64,000 nucleotides of DNA from Epiperipatus broadwayi (lineage: Eukaryota > Animalia > Onychophora). Both the position numbers and the translations under genes were made by a program. Below the pieces are notes generated by a model. It had not been told where the DNA came from. It did no database searches and was given only the letters and a program-made list of their open reading frames with translations. Positions 37,801 to 48,904 of the stretch are shown one piece after another (within the stretch, counting starts at the first letter, position 1; each line of letters opens with the position of its first letter). The stretch spans positions 16,802,001-16,866,000 of the forward strand of contig JAQFVV010000003.1 in the NCBI GenBank assembly GCA_028023455.1. The letters run 5' to 3'.

Positions 37801-38954
37801 AAGTTAGCAGAAATTATCGTGATAAATATTTAATATAAAACTCCTATTACTAACATGATTATAAAAATAAAGTTTAAATCAAAATATATAACTTTTAAAT
37901 GCAATATAATACTTTGTAAATTCATATTGTACATTTTTTATTTTACTTTTTTCTCTGTCATAAAAATGGACTTTGATTAAATAAAATAAATCTGATAAGA
38001 TAAAGCAATTGCAAAGTGTGAAAAAAGAGATGGCCATGCTAAAATTTAAAAGCAGACTAGGTTTAATCTATGAGTTTCAGAATAACAAATGATGGATTTA
38101 TAGGAAGGTAAAAATGTGTTTTCAGTCAGTTTTGTTCTCTCTTCAATTTTCCAATTCTATAATTTTTACTAAACTTATCAGAAGTAATTCTCTACTGATG
38201 AAAAACTAGCCAGTGGATCTACCAAATTATAAATACTGCCATTATCATATTACAATTTAAAGTGCTGGGCTAACATGCTGAAGAATCTACACAGATTTGA
38301 CTGAATCCAAGAATATCAGGATTGGGAATAAGTAGTTATTTTATATTTCCATGTAGCTGCTTTGGAATTAATCAGTACAACATTTGACTATAGATTGACT
38401 TGCCAATAAGTAAACTTTAGAAATCGTTTGGATATCATTCCTAAACCCTTTGTGAGAAGACTGAATGAATGTTTTAAACTCTGACTGTAATGCTACTTAG
38501 AAAGGAAATATAGTTGAAGAATTTGCAAATCATTGAATCTAATTAATAAAATTAACAATGAACTTTGGTTAAAAAGAAAATATTCAAAACTACTGCTAAA
38601 TTGTATATTTTTTCTTTTAAATGTATAAAACTATGAGTTTTATCAGTAAAAATTATATCTATTTAAAACGTAAGTAAATATAAAGAGAATTATCTCATAG
38701 CAAAAAAAAAAAATACAGAATTCCAATTAATTTAAATATTGCTATTATTATTACTATGATATTTATGATAATTCTTGTGTATTGTCTGTTGTTAAACTTT
38801 ATAAATACAGAATGATTATTGATATATATTATCATTGTTGATTTTTTATATTGTAAAGTGTTCATTGCAAATACTCGTTTGTTGATATTGCCAGATTTTA
38901 ATTTGGAACGTAATTATGGGCAATCCAATTATAACAAATTGTTTAATTTATTTG

Positions 38955-39175
38955 TTGCAAACTATTAAAAAAATATTGCTTATTCATTTTATACATCTAA
39001 AATTGTTTCAAATTTTGATAACAATATTTATTTATTTACAATTGTGTTAACATAATTACAATAAAATCTTTAATTCATTTCTTGCAAACTATTCAAAAGA
39101 TGTTGTTTATATATCATTTTATACATTTAAAAATTGTTTCAAATTTTGGTAACAATACTTATTTATTTATTATAA
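38955..39175. repeat. Diverged tandem duplication, ~128-bp period
   Basis: ttgcaaactatt...cattttatacat...aaaattgtttcaaatttt...aacaata occurs twice. Confidence 0.8.
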
Positions 39176-40584
39176 TATTAACCTTTGTATAAATTGCACA
39201 TGATCATTATATATAAATACATATTGTAACCTTATATTGTGACACTTGAATTAATTAACATAGTCATAAACTACAAAAATTTTTATGGGCTTATTAAATA
39301 GAACCAATTTTCATTCTTATTAATATATTATTGAGATCAATAATAAATTTAAAAAGTAATATTCTTATTTTTAATAATATCTAATATAATATATTAATAA
39401 TATCATCCAAGATGTCTTCTGGACAGATTTTATCAATTATACAATATCAAATATGGATCTAAATTTTTCTTTCTTTTAAAGCATAGTTATTATTATTATT
39501 TTTTTTATTATAGAAAATAAAACCACCATACATAAAACTAATATTACAGAAAAAAAATAGACAAGATAGAATATGCCAGATTAACTGATGAGAGCAGGAC
39601 AAAACAATATTATAGTTAACCAGAATAATAAAAAAATAACATTATGATTTAAACATGTATGTGTATGTGCATGAAAGTTTATGTTAAAATGAAGTCAATT
39701 TAACAAGAATAATCATACAATGTTTAAATGGATTTTGATTTAAAATTGGACAAACAGATTAATGATTTAAAATTGAGAACTTTAAAATTTAATAAAATAA
39801 AATTATTAGTTTAATATTTATTTATAAAATGAACAATTGTGTATTTATTTTGGGTTAATGTGTGTAATAATGTTGAAATCTTGAAAATAATATTTAATAA
39901 TTATTTTAAAATCTCTGTTTCAAAAATGGCATTTTAAAATCTGTAAAACTTTAAATAAAACATCACCAACTTCACATCATCTCCATAGCAACTAAAGGAA
40001 AACATGAAGTATTGTGGATAATATTCTATGATATCACAGATCACATGGTAACAACTTATAAATACTACCACCTGAAAAAAATTGTGAAGTTTTGTTCAAA
40101 TCACTGTCTGCAGGACCACATATTTAAATCTGAAATCAGCTATTTTATTAGCCTTCAACATGGCTGAGTAGAGAAAATTAACTGGGCATTTGCCAAATTG
40201 AAAAATGTTTTTCTCATCATCCTAAATGTAGAAATTAAAAAATATTAGAAATGAAAAATCATTTGATGCCACTTATAGTGAACAAAATTTAATATTTTCA
40301 TTCATTAGTGAAATTTGTTAAATCACTTATGGAATATTATTACTTGAAATCACACTGCATTAATCATTTATGTCTTGTCTAAAACTAAAATAGCTTATTT
40401 GAAAGTGATATTGGTTACAATTACCTCAGGATTACATGGAGTAATGAAAAAATGCATAGAAAATTTATTGATTAAGAGCAATATGAATTTTGCATAGATG
40501 GAAAAAAAACTATTCAAATCTGCAAATTAGACTTATTAAATAAAGTTGAATTGTTGCATTAATTACTATCCTTGGTCTCATAAT

Positions 40585-40690
40585 GACATTGGTGGTTGAG
40601 AGGTCAGCACAACTGCCTTGCACTTGCAGGCCGTTGCCTGGGTTGTGGGTTCGCATTCCGGCTGATGCTATAACACTTAAAAAAAAAACT
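40585..40690 (+). mobile_element. tRNA-derived SINE
   Basis: A-box-like tggtggttgagaggtcagca, B-box gggttcgcattcc (40648-40659), short body and A tail. Homologous to 8771-8862. Confidence 0.75.
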
Positions 40691-41994
40691 ATAGCTGAAT
40701 ACTATCAATACACTCGAACCCATAGGATATCAAATTTTAGCATTCTTATCCTTGTGAAAGCTTTTAAAATCCTTGGATATTCTATTAATGCTGCTTTACC
40801 CACTGAATTAGTTTATATATGATACTATAGTAATAATGTAAACTTTAAGAATAAAGGATTAACATTCATTGATATAATATTTCCATGAATACATCAGGTT
40901 GTTATATATTATAAAAGTTATTTCCATAAATGGATTAATTAGTATACTGAAATACTAATAAATAATTGTGATATTTTAAAACATTTTGGAAAAATCAACT
41001 TCCAAGATAGATTATATTCTTACATGAATTAAGTGCTAACAGCTTATTGTGAAATTTATAATAATTAAATTTAGAATATTTAAATGTGCCTAGATAAATT
41101 TTCATGAATGTTATTTAGAAATCATGAACTATCAGCTCACAGAAATTATATAATTATAATATTTAATTATTTTGGTGTTAAAATTATTATTACTGTTGTG
41201 ATTTTAAAAAAAAATTCTCCAGGAAATAATGGTATAAAGAAGGTACAGGTAATGGCTTATGGTTGTCAGTAAAATGGGTATAAATGTAAGTTCATTATTA
41301 TATTTGTATTGGAGATTCATTATATTAAGTTTTAAACTAATGTAGAATCTGCTACAGTCAAGTTAAATGATTAACCTGTTACATGTTATATTATCCTTTT
41401 AAAAAAATCAACTGCAGGTTTTTCTGCAACAAAGGTATCTTAATCAATAGTTGAGTAACCATAAATGATTAACTTTCCTATTGTTCCAAATCATATTCAT
41501 CTGATTAAGTGAATATTAGGCAGTGCACTAAAGTGCTTTTATGATAGTAATGATTGGGGAAGACTCCTAACACTATTTTGATGTTTAAAATGTAATAGAA
41601 TCTAAAAAACATAATAAGTCATAATCACAGGTCTTCTTAAAAGTTTTATATTTGAATGACAACAATACTATAATTTGAGTAAATATTTCATTCACTCCTA
41701 AAGCAATAACCAGTTAGGTGTTGGCACTTCTGATTTATTATATATATATTTTCAAAACTACACAGCAAACAAAAAGTCACATGTGTTTCAATATTACAAA
41801 CTAATGTATTATACTTCTCCAATTTTTGTTGAGACTTGAATTTAATATTTGCATTCCTAAAAGGTCAATAGTTAGACTATGTATAGTCTTTAGCAAGAAT
41901 AATACAATCGGTTTAAAAATAAATACATATACTTTATATTTACATTAATATATATACATTTTCATAAAAAAATTTCTAATTATATACTCTAGAT

Positions 41995-42175
41995 CAGTGG
42001 CTCTCAACCTTTCTAGTACCGCGACCCTTTAATATAGTTCCTTATGTTGTGGTGATCCCCAACCTGCAATTTTACTGTTATGAATCAAAAATGTGTTTTC
42101 CAATGGTTAGGCGACCCCTGTGAAAGGGTTGTTCGACCCTCAAAGGGGTCACGACCCACAGGTTGGGAACTGCTG
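41995..42175 (+). mobile_element. SPIN/URR1-like non-autonomous hAT (Charlie group) element, 181 bp
   Basis: TIRs cagtggctctcaacct / aggttgggaactgctg. Perfect 8-bp TSD ctctagat (41987-41994, 42176-42183) fits the Charlie NTCTAGAN preference. The interior matches the SPIN/URR1 termini as I recall them (GCGACCCTTTAATACAGTTCCTCATGTTGTGGTGACCCCCAACC; GGCGACCCCTGTGAAAGGGTCGTTCGACCCCCAAAGGGGTCGCGACCCACAGGTTGAGAACCGCTG). Confidence 0.9.
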
Positions 42176-42723
42176 CTCTAGATTATCTCCTTTTAATATT
42201 ATAAATGTAAATCAATTGCATATAATTTAAAAATAGCAAAAATATATAAGAAAAAATGATTTTTTAACAAGATAATTGTCTTTGAATAATAATTTAGTGA
42301 AGGCAGATGAAATTCAATGTTTAAAACCAGAAGGCCACTCACTTAAAATTTGATAATAGAGATCTGGTTGCATTTCATATTCAGTAATATTAGTAATTGC
42401 TTATGTAATTATTTCTGAATAGTGGTCGATACTTCTATTCCTTATGTATCTTAGACTATTCTCCTCCTATGGGCATTTAGGATATCAAATAGTAATTAAA
42501 CATTTGCAACCATATACTCTTATCATAGATAAAATAGATGATTTTTTTATCAGTTTTATTTAATCTATGATAATGGATCCTGCCATTCATTAATTAAAAT
42601 TCTACAATGGTAGGTGCTTTCAAATATTTTATCATTTTCAATTCCTTTTAGATTTTTCTACATCTCGGCAGCAATGAACAAAAATATAACAATACATTTG
42701 AAGATCGTAGTTGTCATTGAAAA

Positions 42724-42777
42724 ATGAGTTCTTTTGATTCCGCACCCCCCCTAACAAAAATAAACTTGCCCTCTCAG
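42724..42777 (+). CDS. Candidate first coding exon (MSSFDSAPPLTKINLPSQ) of an unidentified gene
   Basis: ATG preceded by an in-frame TGA, 18 codons, a consensus donor CAG|gtaagt and a possible acceptor tttttag| at about 42652. No downstream partner exon was identified. Confidence 0.3.
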
Positions 42778-43299
42778 GTAAGTGAAATTAAAATCTTTTC
42801 TACCAAAAGTTATACCAGTTCTTAATAATCTAAATTTAACTTTTTTTTTTCTTTTAAAAAATAACATAAAAAATATTGTTGAGATATATAATTTTTTCTT
42901 TATCTTATTTAAGTAAAAAAATAAAAAATTGAATGGAAATTTGAGAACTGCAGAATAGAATTATTTTCATTTGTGCGAAGGAAAGAAAATATATTTTAAA
43001 ACTAGTTAAAGATAATATATTGGAAAAGTTAATATTCATATATATATATCAAAACATCCAAAATATTTCCTTATTGCTTAAGTTTTTACTATATCTGTTT
43101 CATGTTATGCATATAAAACAAATTTATTTTATATATTTGCAAAACAACAACAGAAATGTATTTAATTGGTGAAAAGAACCATTTGAGTTACGATATCATT
43201 ATTGGAACTAAAAATTACACATACCTCTTTTCAGTTCTCATTTGATCGATTATGAAAATTAGAATGAAAATTATATAATATAAAGGATCATGACTTTAT

Positions 43300-44690
43300 G
43301 AAAATAGATAAGAGGTGGAGACATTTGATTTGAAAATTGGATATATACTTAATTCGAAATACAAGTAGAATGGAATTTATTATAAATAAAAAGTGGAACC
43401 ATAGCATTAAGAAGATTGATGATATCTCTGAAAAAGTGGCAAGATTAATTTGGCATTTCAAGGATCAAATGCAAAAAATTCAAATTTTTTTAACAATGAG
43501 TTCTCATTCTTATGAGAAAATGAGGATTTTTATTTAGATATGTAAAATGCTTTTTATTTCATTAAACAAATTTGTAATGGGAGATTTTAATACTAGAATT
43601 GAAAAACATTTGAAAGATGAAAGTATTGTGTGTAAATTTGGATGTAGAAAAAAAAAGAGAGGAAATAGATTTGTGAAATTTTGTGGTGAAAAAATCTATA
43701 TAAAGTATTATGAATTACTTTTTGCAAAACAAAAAAATCTAAATTAGAAATGAATATTGAAGCATCTGAATTAAAATGAGCAGATCTGGATTATATTTTG
43801 ACTTACAGAAATACATACTTCAAACCTGTGATGTATTTAATAGATTCAAACATAAACCAAAATCAATTGTTGGGATATAAAATATGTTTTAATGCAAAAC
43901 TAGAGACAAAAGCTAAAAAAAAAAAATAGTGATAACAGGTTATATCTCTAATCTTCAAAAATACCAATTAATTTAAGATAGAATTTATCAATTATTTGAA
44001 ATATTAATAGTTTCATGAGTCATCAGATTTGTATCAAATAAATAAAAATATAACTGACACTCTATTAAGAACTGATACATAGATAGCTAGCACAAAAAAG
44101 TAGTAATTTATTAATGAATTTTCATTTCAACATGACAATATATGAAGAAAAAATATTAAAATGATCTATTTAGAAGAATTGAATATCTGCAATTTTGTAA
44201 AATAGTACAAAGAGTCAATAATAATATAAGAAAATATAACTGTGAATTGAAAACAAAAGTTAGAGAAAAAATAGAAGTCTTGAAAATATAATTTAATATC
44301 TTGATATTTTAAAAAAAAATATTTTAACAATTAGAAGAAAAAATGATTACATCTTGAAGTAAGATTTCAAATACCAAGCACTCTTATACTTGGAGCCCAA
44401 TTGCAAATGTAGGGGATTTGAACTCGGACTGTGTGTGGTCATGTGTTTCAGTAGTATGAGATAGTGTGGATTGTTGAAGTGGCTTGAAAGTCTGAGTTCA
44501 AATCCCCTATATTTATATCTTAAAGTGTAAAATATTCCATAAAAAACAATATAGTAATAAAAGAAAAGAAAGCAATACTTTTTATGATGGTTAAGTATTA
44601 AATAAAGAAGTAAAACAGGTAATCAAATCTATAAATCCAAAAAATGGTGAAATTATTATTGATATCTTGGAGGTAAATTGTTGGAAATAT
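43300..44690 (+). mobile_element. RTE-clade LINE remnant: apurinic-endonuclease region and linker
   Basis: FIINKKW..IKKI..ISEKVARL; FVMGDFNTRI...IVCKFG...RGNRFVKFC (EEP GDFN motif); EVKQVIKSI at about 44610. Heavily decayed. Confidence 0.85.
44361..44514. mobile_element. Asymmetric fold-back insertion with B-box arms (family shared with 6574-6804), nested in the RTE
   Basis: Arms atgtaggggatttgaactcggact (44407-44430) and agtctgagttcaaatcccctatat (44489-44512). Flanks acatcttgaagt / atatcttaaagt match 10/12. Confidence 0.65.
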
Positions 44691-46474
44691 GATATATTGT
44701 ACCGGACGTCACCAGCGGCACAGAGACATGAGACTCGAACTAGAGTTTTTGAGGATGAATCCCCGAATAAGATGAGAGAGCTAAAATAATACATCACTAT
44801 ATAAAACCTTTTTATATTTAAAAACTAATCAAAATAAAGATTCGAACTCTGGATAGGATTAAAAGATACTTTAATTTAATATTATAAAAAAAACAATTTG
44901 TTCTAAACGTAAATTATTTATATAATTCACGCTAGATTAGTTTCATTATACTGTACTTACATCTGTAGTTATTATGGGATGTTATGCTTATACATATAGT
45001 GTGGTTTATTTATATGCCAATGTTTAAAAAGGAAAAGTTAAATAATGAATTTAAGAAGAGAAACGCTATTTTAAAAGACGATAATTAATGACCCAGACAA
45101 AAGAATTCACAAGAGAGACACTTTAATGTTTGAATAAATTAATATAATGCATTTAACAAACTATGATCGATTGCCACTTCGATCACAACAAGAAATATAC
45201 ACATATATAACTGCAATGCCAGGTAAATTGGTCTCTGACATCCGTTATATTTATTAATTATTAAACAACAAAGTTATAAACAATGATTTTGAATACATGA
45301 ATATTTTCATATTCAATATAACAAACATTATATTTTAATTCTTGAATTATAAGATAAAATAAGAATTCATTTACGCATATGGGAGCCGCTCATCTAAGGG
45401 AAATAGCTTAATGCAAGCTTTTCGTGACATTCTAAATATAAATATATTAATAAATAACAAAATGGTTTAGTTATATCACAGCGTTACAGCTTATAGATTA
45501 GTTTTAGGCATGATTCTAAAATACTATAATGAATGGCAGTGCGAGCATAGGCAGCAAAATATATGATTCGGTCTATTTTGGCCGAGTAGATGCTTCATCA
45601 TTTAAGTGGGAATAAGAAATGGTACACCCGTTCTTCTGACAGGTCATACCTGGAGAGAAAAAGGACCGTAGGGAAATGCAATTGTCTGCATAGGGTATCA
45701 ATGCAGAGCTACCGCTACTCTTCCCGAAGGTGTCCTAGGGCACTTCCTATGCCAGTTAAAATGTATATAAGTGAAAGTGGAGGATTTAGAGTTGCCCCGA
45801 TTATCCTCAAGTTATGTCAAAGCAAATAACGATGATGGCTGACCCATGCTGGCAACGCTATAAAACTAGGTTGCATCCTTTAATGACGTCAAAATAATTA
45901 ATGGCCTAAATATAAAATTTGAATTGGGCATAATGGCATGACTTGTATACTAAACGAAATTATATCACTGAAATCTGAAACTAAATGAATGTCTTAATGA
46001 CATATGATTACATTTCCCTTCATTAAACGGGTCCCACATGCATTTGGAATCAATAAGCATTATTGAATACTATAATGCTAAAAACGCTACATATAAATGA
46101 TTATTACAGAATAAAAATAAACTGTCATTATTATTCAAAAATGTCTTATCTGGAATTTAAACAATAGCGTTCTTGGATCACATTAAATTTATAATCAATA
46201 AAAATACACTCAAGACAGTATTAAAAAATAATTTGCCTATAAACAGAAATATTATTTTAACTATTTCTCAACCCAGCGAGCCATGGCTTTAAAACAAATA
46301 ATTTAACGTAATTAAAATATCCCAGAAGCATGGGGGGGGGGGGATTTAAAAGACTAATCTAAAATAGAGGCTAGTGAAGTTGAGTTTATTTGGCATATAA
46401 ATGACATATAAAAATAAAAAGCAAATAATTATGATAATAAAATTTTCCGCACTAAATATAGGTAAGCATGGAAC

Positions 46475-46790
46475 TGTTACCTCTGCAATGTTATAATGGC
46501 TAGGTGGTTCATTCTTTGAACTTTAGTTTACATGAATTAGCTTGGTGGTCAGCAATCTTGGACACTACTACTTCTTCATTGATGGCAGCCTTCTTCCATG
46601 GTAGGAGTTCCGCGGTAGCATACTAGAGGCAGCTCTGAGAGGCCCAAGGAAAGACGGTTCGGTGATCTACTCAGTAGACATTTTAAAAACAAAGCACAAA
46701 TAAATACTGTCAGACTGTAAGACTCAGACTCAGACTAAAAAAAAACTCTTATCTCTAAGCTATTCTATTTATACCACCCAAGCTATTACA
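46475..46790 (-). mobile_element. Solo LTR (316 bp)
   Basis: TGTTA...TTACA termini, flanks ggaac / ggaat (4/5 match, consistent with a 5-bp TSD) and TATAAATA near the minus-strand start. Confidence 0.65.
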
Positions 46791-47389
46791 GGAATGCTTT
46801 GGCTCATTTTCCCAGAGGCAGATGAGACAATTATTAAATTGCTGAGCAAATTACAGTCTATTTTAATTAAAAGTAAGATATAAGAAGATAAGGTTCAAAT
46901 CACTTTCATGAGCAAAACTGTTAATTAAAGTCTTTAAATTATAAAAGTAAAACTACGATAAGACGATATTTTGATTAATTAAAATCAAGCATTTAAAATA
47001 TTTAATTAGTGAAAAAAATTTCACAATGGGTTGATTTGAACCTGCCATCTTGGTTATATTCTCTTTTAAATTTTTACAAATATGAAATTAAATGCAAATA
47101 ATTTTTACAAAAATGACAAACTTTACGTGATTAACAAATTCTTTTTTACAATTTTAAAAAAAACCCACAAGCTTAAAATATTCAAAAGTATGAAAATAAC
47201 AGAATCAAAAATTATAAAATATTCATTATAATAGTTTGTAACATATATAAATACATATATATGACAGCACTGTTAGTAATTTAAATATTGCTGGGTTGAA
47301 CCCTTGTACATGTTAGTTTATTTTAGATAGGAAAACATGAAGCTCACTCTGACTACAGAGTGATTGCTTCAGTATTAAATATATAAATG

Positions 47390-48420
47390 AGAAGGATTGA
47401 AAAAATGTGATAATAATTTTAATGTTTAAGAAATGTAAGAAAGGAAGATATTAAAAATTATGAACTTATCAATCATTTATGAATTCTATACAAGATCCGC
47501 ACTGAGATTACTTCATAAAACTTTGCACCCAAACTAAATAAAAGAAAAAACTAGATTTAAATCCATTTCACTATAGTAAGTGATTTAAAACTATTAATAG
47601 AAGTGAGTTTGAGCTGCCATTATGCTTTAGGTTTATAGATTATTAAAAAGCATTTAACAATAATTATATTATATGATGAAAGACAATTAACATTGATAGA
47701 AGTGTATGATTGGGGTAGGGGTACCATATCTCTAAAACTCTTTATTGCAATTTTATGAAAAATATTTTGTAGATTAAAATGTGAAACTAAGAGAATACAA
47801 ATAAAGTAGATTTTTATAGATAATGCAGTTGTTTTTTAAATAATGTTTTAGAGCTTCAAGAAATATTACAAGAATTAACAGAAGAAAACAAAAAAGTAAG
47901 TTAAAGATAAATTTTAAAATCAAAACTAAAATAATATTCGATGCTTTTTCACGGAAGGAAAAATAAAGATTGATAGTAATAATCTAGAAATTAATAGCTA
48001 CCATTATTTTGTCATACTAATAATGTAGATGGAGACATAATAGATGAAGTTTATCACAAAATTAAATTTGAATGGAATGCTTTTGATAAAAATAAATTAA
48101 TATTGTATTAAAACACTTTTAATAGACACTTTTTACCAGTTTTTATATATAGATCTTAACAAAAATGCAATGAAGTAGGGAGATATGTATGTTTAAAATA
48201 AGAAGAAAAAGGAATAAAAAAGCAAGATACATGGATGAGAGAGTAAAAGGATATTGTTGGCATTATTAAAAACATTGAGAGACTGAAGTGGATCTGAGTT
48301 TGGCATATTTTAAAAAGAGATGATAATTGATAATAGATGGAAAATTGAAGTCATAAGTCAAATCCCAAGAGATTACAAAAAATGTAGAAATAAACTGTGT
48401 GTGTGTGATATATTAAGGAA
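47390..48420 (+). mobile_element. RTE-clade LINE remnant: reverse transcriptase and C-terminal region (continuation of 43300-44690)
   Basis: EFELPLCFRFIDY*KAF (PLC..FIDYEKAFD motif), decayed G...GDTISPKLF, ELQEILQEL.EE.KKV..KIN and LKW...HI...D.RW. Confidence 0.85.
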
Positions 48421-48641
48421 GTAAGTTTTATGTTTAATGTGGAGAAGTTATGAATCAGAAAAACTGAATGAAACTTGGGAAGACCCTTATCGAGCAGTGG
48501 ATAGATAATAGTTGAAAATAATATGAATAATTAATGATAGCACTATAGAATGCTTTCTTCTTGGTTCTTTTATTTTGCAGTGTTGCTCTTAAAATATATA
48601 ATTCTTGATGTAATTTATTTTTTACACATACATCCATATAT

Positions 48642-48904
48642 TGCTTATAATACTTCTTTTATATACATTCAATGCAAACAAATTTTTTTAAAAATCTTCT
48701 TTATTTTTTTCACAGTTTCGACTGTCCAGCAGTCATTAGCTCTGATGAAGACTGCTGGACAGTCAAAACTAAGGAAAATAAAGAAGTTTTTTTAAGAAAA
48801 TTCATTTGCATTGAAGTGTATATGAAAGAAGTATTATAAGCAATATATATATATATATGAACATATGAAGATATGCAAAGAAAATAAAAGAGAAGAATAA
48901 GAGA
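48642..48904 (+). mobile_element. Asymmetric fold-back insertion with hammerhead motif at the turn and 14-bp TSD
   Basis: Arms at about 48638-48735 and 48751-48846, with a longer right tail. Perfect direct repeat atacatccatatat at 48628-48641 and 48905-48918. Confidence 0.9.
48742..48769 (+). ncRNA. Degenerate hammerhead ribozyme core (Penelope pLTR type)
   Basis: CTGATGA-A-GACTG(ctgga)CAGTC-AAAAC. The inverted arm retains CAGTC-GAAAC on the minus strand (48715-48735). Helices I and III are not intact. Confidence 0.6.

Noticed and set aside
39585-39605. CTGATGAG...GGAC-AAAAC hammerhead-like words
   Set aside because: Helix II cannot form and there are no helices I/III; likely chance or too decayed.
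40585-40690. tRNA gene (also 8771-8862 and B-box hits at 6.7, 44.5 and 51.1 kb)
   Set aside because: A/B boxes are present, but no cloverleaf or acceptor stem can be formed; the A tail and dispersed diverged copies indicate SINE-type repeats.
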